A DNA stretch of 23,331 bases from an uncultured Oligoflexus sp. Lineage in GTDB: Bacteria > Bdellovibrionota_B > Oligoflexia > Oligoflexales > Oligoflexaceae. The notes beneath the pieces are model-generated. The model was not told the DNA's origin and ran no database searches. It saw only the letters and a list, made by a program, of their open reading frames with translations. Below, in pieces: positions 8,801-16,398 of this stretch. The first letter of the stretch is position 1. The number at the start of each line of letters is the position of its first letter. The translations under genes and the position numbers were made by a program. The stretch lies in the NCBI GenBank assembly GCA_964236955.1, contig CAXSGP010000078.1:1-23331 (forward strand), written 5' to 3'.

Positions 8801-10171
8801 GCCGATGATCTCCCGCTCCGAGTATCCGAATATTTTTTCGGCACTATAATTCCAGGATCGGATTAAGCCCCGCTCGTCGGCAACGATGATGGCGTCGCTT
8901 GCGCTGTCACTGACCGCCTTATATTTGAGGAGGGAACTAAGGTTAAGTAGATGGGCCTCATCGAGGAGAAGACGGGTTTCCTGCAACGATTTTTCGGCAA
9001 CTTTTTGCTCGGTTAAATCGACCTTGGAATATGAAAATCGGCCCACTCCGTTTTCAATCGGACCGATATAGCTGATGTAAGCCCGAAACCAGTAGGCCCG
9101 GCCTTCGATGGAATCTTCATATTCGAAAGAAACCGCCTGGCTTAAGTCCCTGGCTTTTCTGTAATTCCTAAGCCACAGGTCCAGAATCGCCTTCTGCACG
9201 CCCGCGTGCTGAGCAGACCGCTGACCTCTTGCATCAAGCACCAGTTTCCCAAATGATTGAGAAGATGCATTTTCAGAAATAGATCGGACGTCGTCCTCAA
9301 AAACCTCGACCACGCCCATCATGAGCGGAGTGCTGTTATAGAAGCTGTTTAAAACATCCTTCCTTTCTGAAATCAATTTATTCGCTTGTTCTAACTCATA
9401 CTCTTTCGTCTTCAATGGCGTGATGTCCTGGGAAATCCCGACAATCTGCGTGACATTTCCATTAGCATCCCTGAGAAAGACGGAATCTCTTGCCAGAATA
9501 TTGCGCCATTCGCCTTTTGAATTCTTTACTCGATATTGATGTTCGATAACCTCACGATCGCCTCTTTTTGATAGGCTTAGCAGGTGCGCCTGCACCCCCC
9601 TTAGGTCTTCGGGATGGATGATCTTGAGAAGGAGATTGTCGCCTATGTTTTTGATGTCCTCCGTCGTATAACCAAGGTATGCCGCCGTGTCCTGATTCGT
9701 ATAGACATTGGCCATTTTATTCAAATCAAAAACGTAAATATTATTGGGCACAAGCTCGGCAATGCGTTGAGCGAACGGCCCATTAAAAACAAACTCAGTT
9801 TTATCGTCATGGCTCTCGGGTGGCCCAGAGTTCGGCCTTGCCATCCGGACTTTTTTCAGCATTCTGGAAACAGAGGACACGACAATCGACCCTAGGATAA
9901 AATCCCCGATACTTTTAAATGCGAACCCCTGCTGAGACGCCGCATCACTGCCGATTGCGACTGTATAGAGCACACCAACTGCGGCAGTTGAAAAGACTGA
10001 GAAGAGGCTTCCTTCAAGCCCGCAATAGCCGATGAGGAGCAGGAAAACGGTTGTCGCTATTGGGATGCTATGGCCCGTGCCCGAGATCAAAGCAAAGAAA
10101 ATGCCGAGGAAGGCTGCCAGGCAGGGGCCAAATATTGGCATTTTCACCATAGTCTTTAGAAAATTCAGCAT
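5846..10171 (-). CDS. Membrane-anchored multi-PAS (7 PAS) hybrid sensor histidine kinase/response regulator
   Basis: 1441 aa with N-terminal hydrophobic helices and seven PAS/PAC units ending in DIT/DLT/DIS/DMT/DIH/DVT. H-box FLANMSHEIRTP, N-box NLISNAIKFT, G-boxes DTGLGI and GGTGLGL, C-terminal receiver LVAEDN..DLVLMDCQMPEMDG..SKP. Confidence 0.95.
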   Translation of the reverse strand: MLNFLKTMVKMPIFGPCLAAFLGIFFALISGTGHSIPIATTVFLLLIGYCGLEGSLFSVFSTAAVGVLYTVAIGSDAASQQGFAFKSIGDFILGSIVVSSVSRMLKKVRMARPNSGPPESHDDKTEFVFNGPFAQRIAELVPNNIYVFDLNKMANVYTNQDTAAYLGYTTEDIKNIGDNLLLKIIHPEDLRGVQAHLLSLSKRGDREVIEHQYRVKNSKGEWRNILARDSVFLRDANGNVTQIVGISQDITPLKTKEYELEQANKLISERKDVLNSFYNSTPLMMGVVEVFEDDVRSISENASSQSFGKLVLDARGQRSAQHAGVQKAILDLWLRNYRKARDLSQAVSFEYEDSIEGRAYWFRAYISYIGPIENGVGRFSYSKVDLTEQKVAEKSLQETRLLLDEAHLLNLSSLLKYKAVSDSASDAIIVADERGLIRSWNYSAEKIFGYSEREIIGKAISILMPERYIASHTSGLARFKETGESSLFGHPVELDGKRKDGTEFKLEMSLSFWMQEGKHNFTSIIRDISDRKKTELDNKNMHELMESFFDSSPARIGIVETSDDNIFHVRGNKASALSNRRSIEEMKNKWVTDLGVTFDALPKYLEQYKMSKDHRKPMTFEAKYEHEGTTQWISSTVNYIGPGEENRDRYSYTILDLTEMRMADIALQASEDRLEKFFSCSLDMLAIANHDGYFTRVNPSFEEVFGYTTQELLASPLSSFVHPEDVVKTNNETQSLKDGNPTMAFQNRWRCKDGRYKWIAWKAVAVGDSVYAAGRDMTDRIESEEYIRHLNANLENCILNETKKLRESEASFRKLADSMPQIVWTANPDGYLDYYNERWYDLTGFPRGSGGDNSWLPIMHEDDTVPCLKKWYASVETGEDYEIEYRFWDQRLSEYRWYLGRALPVRDKNGLITKWYGTCVDIHERKILASELIKSQKQLKTVIDNAPIAIWSTDKNGLFTLSDGKALKQLGLTPEDRLGQSIYDTHKESVELLSAMRDALQGKASNLNVYYHGGCYDTFVVPIANEKDEVTSVIGLSIDVTARVNAERDRSELTIREQGALESSRLKSEFLANMSHEIRTPINGVLGMTGLLLDSNLSPEQFEYADAVRRSGESLLTVINDILDFSKIEAGKLDFELLEFNLVELFHDVVKTMRFGAEKKGIKLLSDLSQDLPTFVFGDPGRFRQILNNLISNAIKFTAKGLVTVKAAVDGSGSDRLKIEVLDTGLGITEHDIGKLFKAFTQADSTTARRFGGTGLGLTICKKLVECMGGSIGVKSVVNEGSTFWFTVNLKFSERKEIHPKALAPLKNRAPVSARILVAEDNQINQVVIAKMLTKLGFRVDVVGNGREALTALLNIPYDLVLMDCQMPEMDGYEATTLIRRDSKYPSSIPIIALTANAMKGDGDHCKAVGMNDYLSKPIKSDNLDETIRLWLMKSRRSGAA

Positions 10172-10250
10172 CTGTACCTTCTAAGTCTTAATTTTTGCGA
10201 AAAGAATGTACTGACAGCGAACGGGGTCAGAGACTCCACTCCATTCGAAT

Positions 10251-10277
10251 AAATCGGCAGGTTTTCGTTTTCCTGTA
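10251..10277 (-). promoter_or_regulatory. Possible sigma28 (FliA)-type promoter for the hybrid kinase
   Basis: Minus strand TACA-N15-GCCGATTT versus consensus TAAA-N15-GCCGATAA, about 80 bp upstream of the ATG. Confidence 0.35.
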
Positions 10278-10674
10278 GTAGGCCAGGGTCTTTTTTATCG
10301 GCGTTTCCAGAGAGGATCCAGGTTCTCTTCAATATAACTTAGCAGGCAGAATTATTTACGTTTTTTAAAGAAAAATGCATGCTCCTGGCAGCGCGGTAAG
10401 GGCCGGAACATACCAATCAATTGCTGGCTTTGTGAGGTAAAATCATTTCTACATGAGGGATCGAAGCTAAAGAAATGCTATCCACTTCCTTATTTTTACG
10501 TTGGGCTTATCGGAAATTTTTATGAATTGCCTCAGCACATGGACTCTACGACCCCAGCTGGAATCCTAAGCCGCGTGGGGCAGGTATCCTGCCACATTCA
10601 AAGCGTTATCCGTAGCTTTGTTAGGGATGATCCAACCTTGCCTGTGTTTCCAGACCTTTTTACATTTAGCAATT

Positions 10675-12324
10675 TTATTCCCTTTCAAAGCGCCTTACGA
10701 GTTCAAGAAGCTGGGAACCGCTGGTCACAGATTCCAGCTCCCGCTGGGCATGGAGGGTGCGCATGATCTTCATGGCCTTGCCCATAAGGTTGGAATGGGA
10801 AAGGTAGGGTGGGGCCGGATCGAGCAGGAGAAATACAGCTTTAATCGGAATTTTCGAATGACTGTCCGATATTCCACCTTTGGTGAGGGCCAAGGCAACT
10901 GCCGGCTGCTTGAGCCCTTCAACCGTGACATGCGGTAGCGCTATCCCCTCATTCAGAAATGTGGATCCCTTTTTTTCCCGACGCTTTAATTGCGACAGCA
11001 TCGATGCAGGAGATAAATCCGGGTATTGGTCGCTGAAGGTATAAACAAGCTCCTCGATCACCTCTTGCTTTTTCAACGCATGTTCAAATAGCAGTATATG
11101 CTTAAGCTCCAAAATTTCGCCCACCATTAAGGGAGACGGCGCATGCGTAATTTTGGTAATGTCCTCACTCGTGATATCAGGAACACTGTTATCCCGCGCC
11201 GCCGCGTCAACGACCACTACAGACAGACCCTGAGCCCTTATGACAAGATGTTCCGCAACGCTTTTAGCACCGAAAAGGCGTCGTCTCCATTCCGGAATTG
11301 GAATGGGACGCCCGATCACGATGTGCCCAACCCGATACTCGCGGGCGAAATTCAATATCGTTTGAACGACATCCCGGCCTTTAAAGGTAAAGACAGTCGC
11401 TCCCAGTTGGTTCGCGAGCGTGAGCGTGTCAGCCAAAAGTCTTTGAGTTGTCGCATCGATAAGCGTCGGGTCCTCGCTTGGTGTCTGGACATAAACTGCA
11501 TACCAGTTGCGATTGAGCCGTCCGGCAAGCCTTGATCCCGCCCGTAAGAGGCGCGCGCTATTCGGCCCTTTGGAGGCCATGCAAACCATGATCTGGTCTG
11601 GAGACATCTTATCGCCATCATCCAAAACATCACGGCGCTTAAAATCAATCTGCGACGCAATCTCTCGCATCGTGAGTTCCCGCAAATGTTCAAGATTGCC
11701 AACTTGAAAAAAGTTATTGAGGGAGGAAGCGATCCTCTCCGCCGGGTATATCTTGCCTTCCTCCAGGCGCTTTTGAAGGTCTTCTGCTGTGAGGTCGACA
11801 TTCACGATGTCGTCCGCCTCAGCTAGGACCGAATCGGGGATGCGCTCCCGGACTTTTATTCCGAGCAGTTCCTCAACGGTATTATATAGACTTTCCAGGT
11901 GCTGGATATTGAGGGACGTTATAACGTGAATTCCGGCGAAAAGCAGTTCCTGGACGTCTTCATACCGCTTGGAATTGCGACTGCCCGGAATATTTGTGTG
12001 GGCCAGTTCATCAACGAGAACGACCTGAGGCTTTCGGGCAATAACGGCGTCGATATCCATTTCATCGACAATTATGCCGTGATATTCGATAATCCGTCTG
12101 GGGATTACGTTTAAGCCATCTAACACCTTAGCCGTTTCGCTGCGACCATGAGTCTCGACAATACCGACGACCACATCGACCCCATCCTTCAAGAGCCGAT
12201 GCGCCTCCTGAAGCATCATATAGGTTTTCCCAACACCTGGTCCGTAGCCCAGGTAAACCTTCAGACGACCGCGCTGCGACCTATGGATCATCTGCAGAAA
12301 GGTCGTGGCCCTACCCTCGCCCAT
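10675..12324 (-). CDS. kdpD: Soluble KdpD N-terminal sensor domain + Usp domain fused to a C-terminal PTS EIIA (Ntr/Fru/Mtl family) domain; no TM or kinase domain
   Basis: KdpD-N motifs GRLKVYLGYGPGVGKTYMML, VETHGR, VLVDELAHTNIPGSRNSKRYEDV and LNIQHLESL. Usp region IMVCM..LLRAGSRLA..WYAVYV..VGHIVIG. EIIA motif RREKKGSTFLNEGIALPH. GAGGAG RBS. Confidence 0.9.
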   Translation of the reverse strand: MGEGRATTFLQMIHRSQRGRLKVYLGYGPGVGKTYMMLQEAHRLLKDGVDVVVGIVETHGRSETAKVLDGLNVIPRRIIEYHGIIVDEMDIDAVIARKPQVVLVDELAHTNIPGSRNSKRYEDVQELLFAGIHVITSLNIQHLESLYNTVEELLGIKVRERIPDSVLAEADDIVNVDLTAEDLQKRLEEGKIYPAERIASSLNNFFQVGNLEHLRELTMREIASQIDFKRRDVLDDGDKMSPDQIMVCMASKGPNSARLLRAGSRLAGRLNRNWYAVYVQTPSEDPTLIDATTQRLLADTLTLANQLGATVFTFKGRDVVQTILNFAREYRVGHIVIGRPIPIPEWRRRLFGAKSVAEHLVIRAQGLSVVVVDAAARDNSVPDITSEDITKITHAPSPLMVGEILELKHILLFEHALKKQEVIEELVYTFSDQYPDLSPASMLSQLKRREKKGSTFLNEGIALPHVTVEGLKQPAVALALTKGGISDSHSKIPIKAVFLLLDPAPPYLSHSNLMGKAMKIMRTLHAQRELESVTSGSQLLELVRRFERE

Positions 12325-12335
12325 ACTTCAACTCC

Positions 12336-12383
12336 TCAATGTCCTAAATTTTCGTCCAAAGCCAAATTGAGTTTAACGCCATT
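12336..12383 (-). pseudogene. kdpC: Putative remnant of the kdpC 3' end
   Basis: Minus-strand frame reads *NGVKLNLALDENLGH*, matching the conserved KdpC C-terminal motif (V)NVLxLNLALD. Its TGA overlaps the kdpD RBS, which is the normal kdpC-kdpD junction position. Confidence 0.6.
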
Positions 12384-12450
12384 TTAATCGACGCCCGCCC
12401 TATAGAGACCCCACACACAGGAATCGAGGCACCAAGATGCAAAACCTCCA

Positions 12451-14313
12451 TCAGACATCTTCTTTTAAAGAGGCGGGCAACTGCTTTTTTTCCGCATTCA
12501 AAGTGAAGCAGAACCGGACACCATCTCCAGCAGGCAAATTTTCAACCCAAATTTTGCCACCGTGGCCATTGACTATGTCGCGGGCAATCGCGAGGCCTAA
12601 ACCCACACCCTCAGTACCTCCAGCGTTTGGCAGACGAAAAAATCGATCGAATACCTTAATAAAAAATTCGGCCGGGATCGTGGCACCAGTGTTCTGAACT
12701 GAAAAAGTAACCATCCCCTCCGCTTCCTGCCAATGGGCATCGATTATCACCTGCCCCCCGGCCGTTGTATGCTTGAAGGCATTGCTAATCAAATTGCTAA
12801 AGACATGGGGAATTCGGGTAACATCCGCCATAACATTGGGTAAGTGATTGCTGGTTTTGTTAATAAAAACTATTCCCTGTTCGCGCGCTCCCGTGAGGAA
12901 GGGAGCGGCGGATTCTCTCGCAAGTTTTTCCGGTGGTTGGGGTTCGAGCAGAATGCGCTGCGCGCCCGATTCAATCTGGCTCATGTCCAGGAGATTTTCA
13001 ATGATGCGGTGAAGGCGTTCGGCATCGTCATGCGCTGCTATAAGGAGCTCGGATTGTTTGAGGTTGAGTGAGCCAATACGTTCATCGAGCAGGAGATGAG
13101 TCGCCATGCGGATCGAGGTCAAAGGCGTTTTAAGTTCATGGGAAACCACCGAGAGCATTCCGCTCTTGGTTTCGTCGATACGACGAAGGTTTGTGACATC
13201 GGTAAGCACCATTGTCACCCCATTCAAGATCTGGGATTCATCGATAATGGGTACCGTTTGCGCCAGAAAAAAATATTCGTCGCCATTGATAAAGAGCTGA
13301 ATCGCTTTATCATAACCCTTTGAGACTACGGGCCCCAAGGTCGCAAATGTTTCCTGAAACATAGACCAAAGTATTTTATACTCATGCCTCACCAGATCCC
13401 CCCCCGGGAACAGACGAAACCTCTGTACCGCGAGATGATTGGCCAATTCTATTTTACCATCGAGGCCAATGACCGCCACCGCCTCGGGAAAACTATTGAG
13501 GGCCAGCTGCGTGGTCTTTTCCACCCGAAACAACTGAGCCCGGTTGGAACGACGAAACTCCCGAAGCTTGGCCGCCATCTCATTGAAGGTCTCGGCGAGC
13601 TGACCAAGCTCATCCTTTGCACCGATCGGCAGAGTAAGATCAAGATTACCCTTTTGAATTTCCCTGGCCGACTCAGTAATCATATTCAAAGGTCTGAGAA
13701 TACTCCGAGCCGACAACGCTATCAGCGCAATGGCAAGCACAACCCCGGATAGCAACAAAAGCAGCATCATGAGCCGGGCGCCATTGGCATTTTCGCGAAC
13801 CCGGCCGTCGGCCGACATGATATTTTTGAGATTGATATCAATTATGGCTTGAGCCAGATTCTTAAGGTCAATACTCTTTGGCCTTAGAATATTCTGGTAT
13901 TTCGCCTGTGATTCCGTATCGCTCCTGCCGCCACGCGCCAGATCACTGTACTCCTGCTTATAGGAAGGCCATTCGAGAATCAATCGTTCGACGATATCCT
14001 TTTCGCCCGGGAACGTTACATTGTTCGACTCGGCTTCCAAGGCAGCCGCAAAGTTTCTGATGAATTCATCCGACTTGGCCCGATTTAGGTTCGGGCCATG
14101 CGACCACAATGCTTCTTGTGCACTATCGTCCAGATTATCTATGGCTTCCTTCATATCCTGACCGAAAATCACACTCTTATAATTATCATGGAAGATGGTT
14201 TCCAGCGTTGAACTGTACTGATTCAGGAGAACGATCCCGAACGTTCCAACCAAAAGCAGCAGGGCCAGGAGTCCGGAATATCCAAAAGCCAGCTTCGAGC
14301 GAAGGGTCAACAT
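12451..14313 (-). CDS. KinB-like sensor histidine kinase (TM - periplasmic helical bundle - TM - HAMP - PAS-like - HisKA - HATPase)
   Basis: ATG at 14313 follows a GGGGAG RBS (the ORF track extends to 14340). Two TM helices, HAMP (ILRPL..DELGQLAETFNEM), H-box VSHELKTPLTS, NLISNAFKHT and GVGLGLAI. The N-terminus resembles P. aeruginosa KinB as recalled. Confidence 0.92.
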   Translation of the reverse strand: MLTLRSKLAFGYSGLLALLLLVGTFGIVLLNQYSSTLETIFHDNYKSVIFGQDMKEAIDNLDDSAQEALWSHGPNLNRAKSDEFIRNFAAALEAESNNVTFPGEKDIVERLILEWPSYKQEYSDLARGGRSDTESQAKYQNILRPKSIDLKNLAQAIIDINLKNIMSADGRVRENANGARLMMLLLLLSGVVLAIALIALSARSILRPLNMITESAREIQKGNLDLTLPIGAKDELGQLAETFNEMAAKLREFRRSNRAQLFRVEKTTQLALNSFPEAVAVIGLDGKIELANHLAVQRFRLFPGGDLVRHEYKILWSMFQETFATLGPVVSKGYDKAIQLFINGDEYFFLAQTVPIIDESQILNGVTMVLTDVTNLRRIDETKSGMLSVVSHELKTPLTSIRMATHLLLDERIGSLNLKQSELLIAAHDDAERLHRIIENLLDMSQIESGAQRILLEPQPPEKLARESAAPFLTGAREQGIVFINKTSNHLPNVMADVTRIPHVFSNLISNAFKHTTAGGQVIIDAHWQEAEGMVTFSVQNTGATIPAEFFIKVFDRFFRLPNAGGTEGVGLGLAIARDIVNGHGGKIWVENLPAGDGVRFCFTLNAEKKQLPASLKEDV

Positions 14314-14340
14314 CGAGATTTCTCCCCAAGAAACGCCCAT

Positions 14341-15681
14341 TTAAAGCGCATAGCGTTTCCTTTTTCGCCAGAGCGTGGTCGAGTCTATGCCCAGCACCTG
14401 GGCGGCCTGGTCCATAGAACGAGTGCTGGCCAATACTCTACGGATATGCTGTTCTTCGATCTGTTCAAGGGTTCCCATTTGGTTTTGATCAAAAGTGTTC
14501 GCGAAGTCGGACTTAGGTTCGTCCATGCTAAGGTCTTTGCCTTCTATCATATCCCCGTGGCAGATTATGATGGCGCGCTCAATAATATTGCGAAGTTCTC
14601 GTATATTGCCTGGCCAATCATAGGACTTCATTTTATCCATGGCGGTTTTAGAAAAACCGTTGATTTTTTTATCGTGCCGAAGACTGGCGAGAAATCGATC
14701 CGCAAGAGGCTCAATATCTTCGATGCGATTGCGGAGAGCTGGCATGACGATCTCAATAACATTGAGCCGGTAATAGAGATCTTCGCGGAATCGCCCTGCC
14801 TTCACTGCCTCTTTAAGTTTGACATGAGTTGCCGCCACAACTCGGACATCCGCTTTCCTCGTGGTATTGTCCCCTACCCGTTCGTATTGTCTTTCCTGTA
14901 AAAAGCGCAGCAGCTTAGACTGAAGGGAAAGCGGCATATCGCCAATCTCATCAAGAAAGAGCGTCCCCCCTTCACAGGCCTCAATACGTCCAGGATTGCT
15001 TTTAAAAGCGCCTGTGAAAGCTCCTTTGCTGTGACCGAACAGTTCACTTTCGAGTAGCTCTGCGGATAACGATGGGCAAGAGACCACAACAAATGGCTTT
15101 TTTCCCCGGGGACTCCAGTTGTGTATGGCTTTGGCTATCATCGTCTTACCGGTGCCGTTTTCTCCGGAGATAAGAACGGTGGCATCTGTAGGCGCAGCCG
15201 ACCGTGCGATATCCATAACTTTCCGCATGATAAGACTATGACTCCGGATCTCCATCTCGGGTTTGCCATTGGCAATTTCCAATTCCAACTCACGGATCTT
15301 TTCCTCAAGGATAAGGACGGTTTCAACTTTGCGGGTCGCGCCAAATATCTCTGATGCCGAGAAAGGCTTTTCCACGTAATCAAAAGCACCTAAGCGCATG
15401 GCTTCGACGGCGTTGTCGATTGTGCCGTGTGCCGTTATAATCACCACCTTGAGCCAAGGGGAAGCCTCAAGTAACTTCGGAAGTAAATCCAAACCGCTGC
15501 TGATGCCTAAGCGCATGTCGAGAAAGCACATATCAAATTTGCTTGCGCTATTTTCGGACAGGGCATCCTTGATATTGGATACAGCGGTCACGCTATGCTT
15601 CTCTGCCTCAAGCGCAATGGCAAGCGTCTTGCGGATGTTGATTTCGTCGTCGACGATTAAGATTTTGAGTCGTATCGACAT
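14341..15681 (-). CDS. Sigma54-dependent response regulator (REC - AAA+ - Fis HTH), AlgB-like
   Basis: ATG at 15681 follows AAGGAAGGGAAGG. Receiver ILIVDDE..CFLDMRLG..KP, Walker A GENGTGKT, ESELFGH..GAFTGA, Walker B LFLDEIG, FREDLYYRLNV, WPGNIREL, and HTH AAQVLGIDSTTLWRK. Confidence 0.95.
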   Translation of the reverse strand: MSIRLKILIVDDEINIRKTLAIALEAEKHSVTAVSNIKDALSENSASKFDMCFLDMRLGISSGLDLLPKLLEASPWLKVVIITAHGTIDNAVEAMRLGAFDYVEKPFSASEIFGATRKVETVLILEEKIRELELEIANGKPEMEIRSHSLIMRKVMDIARSAAPTDATVLISGENGTGKTMIAKAIHNWSPRGKKPFVVVSCPSLSAELLESELFGHSKGAFTGAFKSNPGRIEACEGGTLFLDEIGDMPLSLQSKLLRFLQERQYERVGDNTTRKADVRVVAATHVKLKEAVKAGRFREDLYYRLNVIEIVMPALRNRIEDIEPLADRFLASLRHDKKINGFSKTAMDKMKSYDWPGNIRELRNIIERAIIICHGDMIEGKDLSMDEPKSDFANTFDQNQMGTLEQIEEQHIRRVLASTRSMDQAAQVLGIDSTTLWRKRKRYAL

Positions 15682-15710
15682 CAGCCTTCCCTTCCTTGAC
15701 AGATAAGCAT

Positions 15711-15727
15711 TTGCATAGAATGTGCCT
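15711..15727 (-). promoter_or_regulatory. Sigma54 (-24/-12) promoter
   Basis: Minus strand AGGCAC-ATTCT-ATGCAA gives exact GG-N10-GC spacing (GG 15726-15725, GC 15714-15713), about 30 bp upstream of the start codon. Confidence 0.75.
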
Positions 15728-15742
15728 TCCTTTTTTGTTTTG

Positions 15743-15755
15743 AAAGTCATTGATA
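15743..15755 (-). promoter_or_regulatory. IHF-like binding site
   Basis: TATCAA-TGAC-TTT versus consensus WATCAA-N4-TTR (one mismatch), lying between the candidate enhancer sites and the sigma54 promoter. Confidence 0.5.
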
Positions 15756-15802
15756 TAATGGAATAATCCAAGATCGAGGCAAGTTTTAGTCGATCCTCTT
15801 GA

Positions 15803-15833
15803 TGCATTTTGCAGGATGGGATTGCATTTTGCA
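15803..15833. promoter_or_regulatory. Tandem palindromic enhancer (UAS) sites TGCATTTTGCA x2
   Basis: Identical 11-mers at 15803-15813 and 15823-15833 (TGCA-N3-TGCA), 20 bp apart and roughly 100-130 bp upstream of the predicted start site. Confidence 0.65.
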
Positions 15834-15993
15834 CGATGGACTTTCATGGCGACACCCGGGGGAAGGTTTTTTCAAGATCCAGGACTGGGCGGGGAACCCA
15901 AAGTCTTTGACGATTAGAAGCAGATGTAAATTGAAATAGGTCTAAGGACTTATAGAGCCATCAGGAAGGGCCGCTGCAGGGACCCTCGATGGG

Positions 15994-16248
15994 TCAGGGA
16001 ATGGGGAAACCTCCACCAGCCTGCGTATCGCGCGCTGCGGCATCAGCATCATTTGGCAAGCAGTCCTTGCGGGTTTTCCCCTTGCTGCTTTGATTTTCCC
16101 CGATACAATCCGCCATGCGCGGAGTTTTAGCGGATGGAGCGGTCAGGGTGGGCACCTCACCGCTTGCCGGCTCGTTACCCGTCGTGAGAACGCATGAGTT
16201 CATATTTAAGAGTACCAATCCAAAAGCCAGAGGCTTAAATAGAGTCAT
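15994..16248 (-). CDS. Small hypothetical lipoprotein
   Basis: 84 aa with an AAGGAG RBS. The leader MTLFKPLAFGLVLLNMNSC ends in a lipobox-like Cys. The ORF fills an otherwise empty intergenic gap. Confidence 0.6.
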   Translation of the reverse strand: MTLFKPLAFGLVLLNMNSCVLTTGNEPASGEVPTLTAPSAKTPRMADCIGENQSSKGKTRKDCLPNDADAAARDTQAGGGFPIP

Positions 16249-16398
16249 CGGCTGGCTCCTTATCCAAAAAGCGCGACGTCAGGTTAACGGTAGCCCAGGG
16301 CCTTCCCGATTACCATTGTCAAATGAGGTGTCGAAGAGCGAAACAATCGGATTGCATTGCGAAAAACAGGATTGAGTACGCTCGCTCAGAAATGCCCA

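Noticed and set aside
12420..12444. Possible sigma54 promoter in the kinase-kdpD gap (minus TGGTGC-N5-TTCC; plus AGGCAC-N4-ATGC)
   Set aside because: The minus-strand site has CC instead of the invariant GC. The plus-strand site has 9-nt spacing and points antisense into the kinase. At most a decayed relic.
15682..15834. N-terminal extension of the sigma54 regulator given by the ORF track
   Set aside because: It overlaps the promoter, IHF and UAS elements; the ATG at 15681 has a strong RBS and begins the receiver domain.
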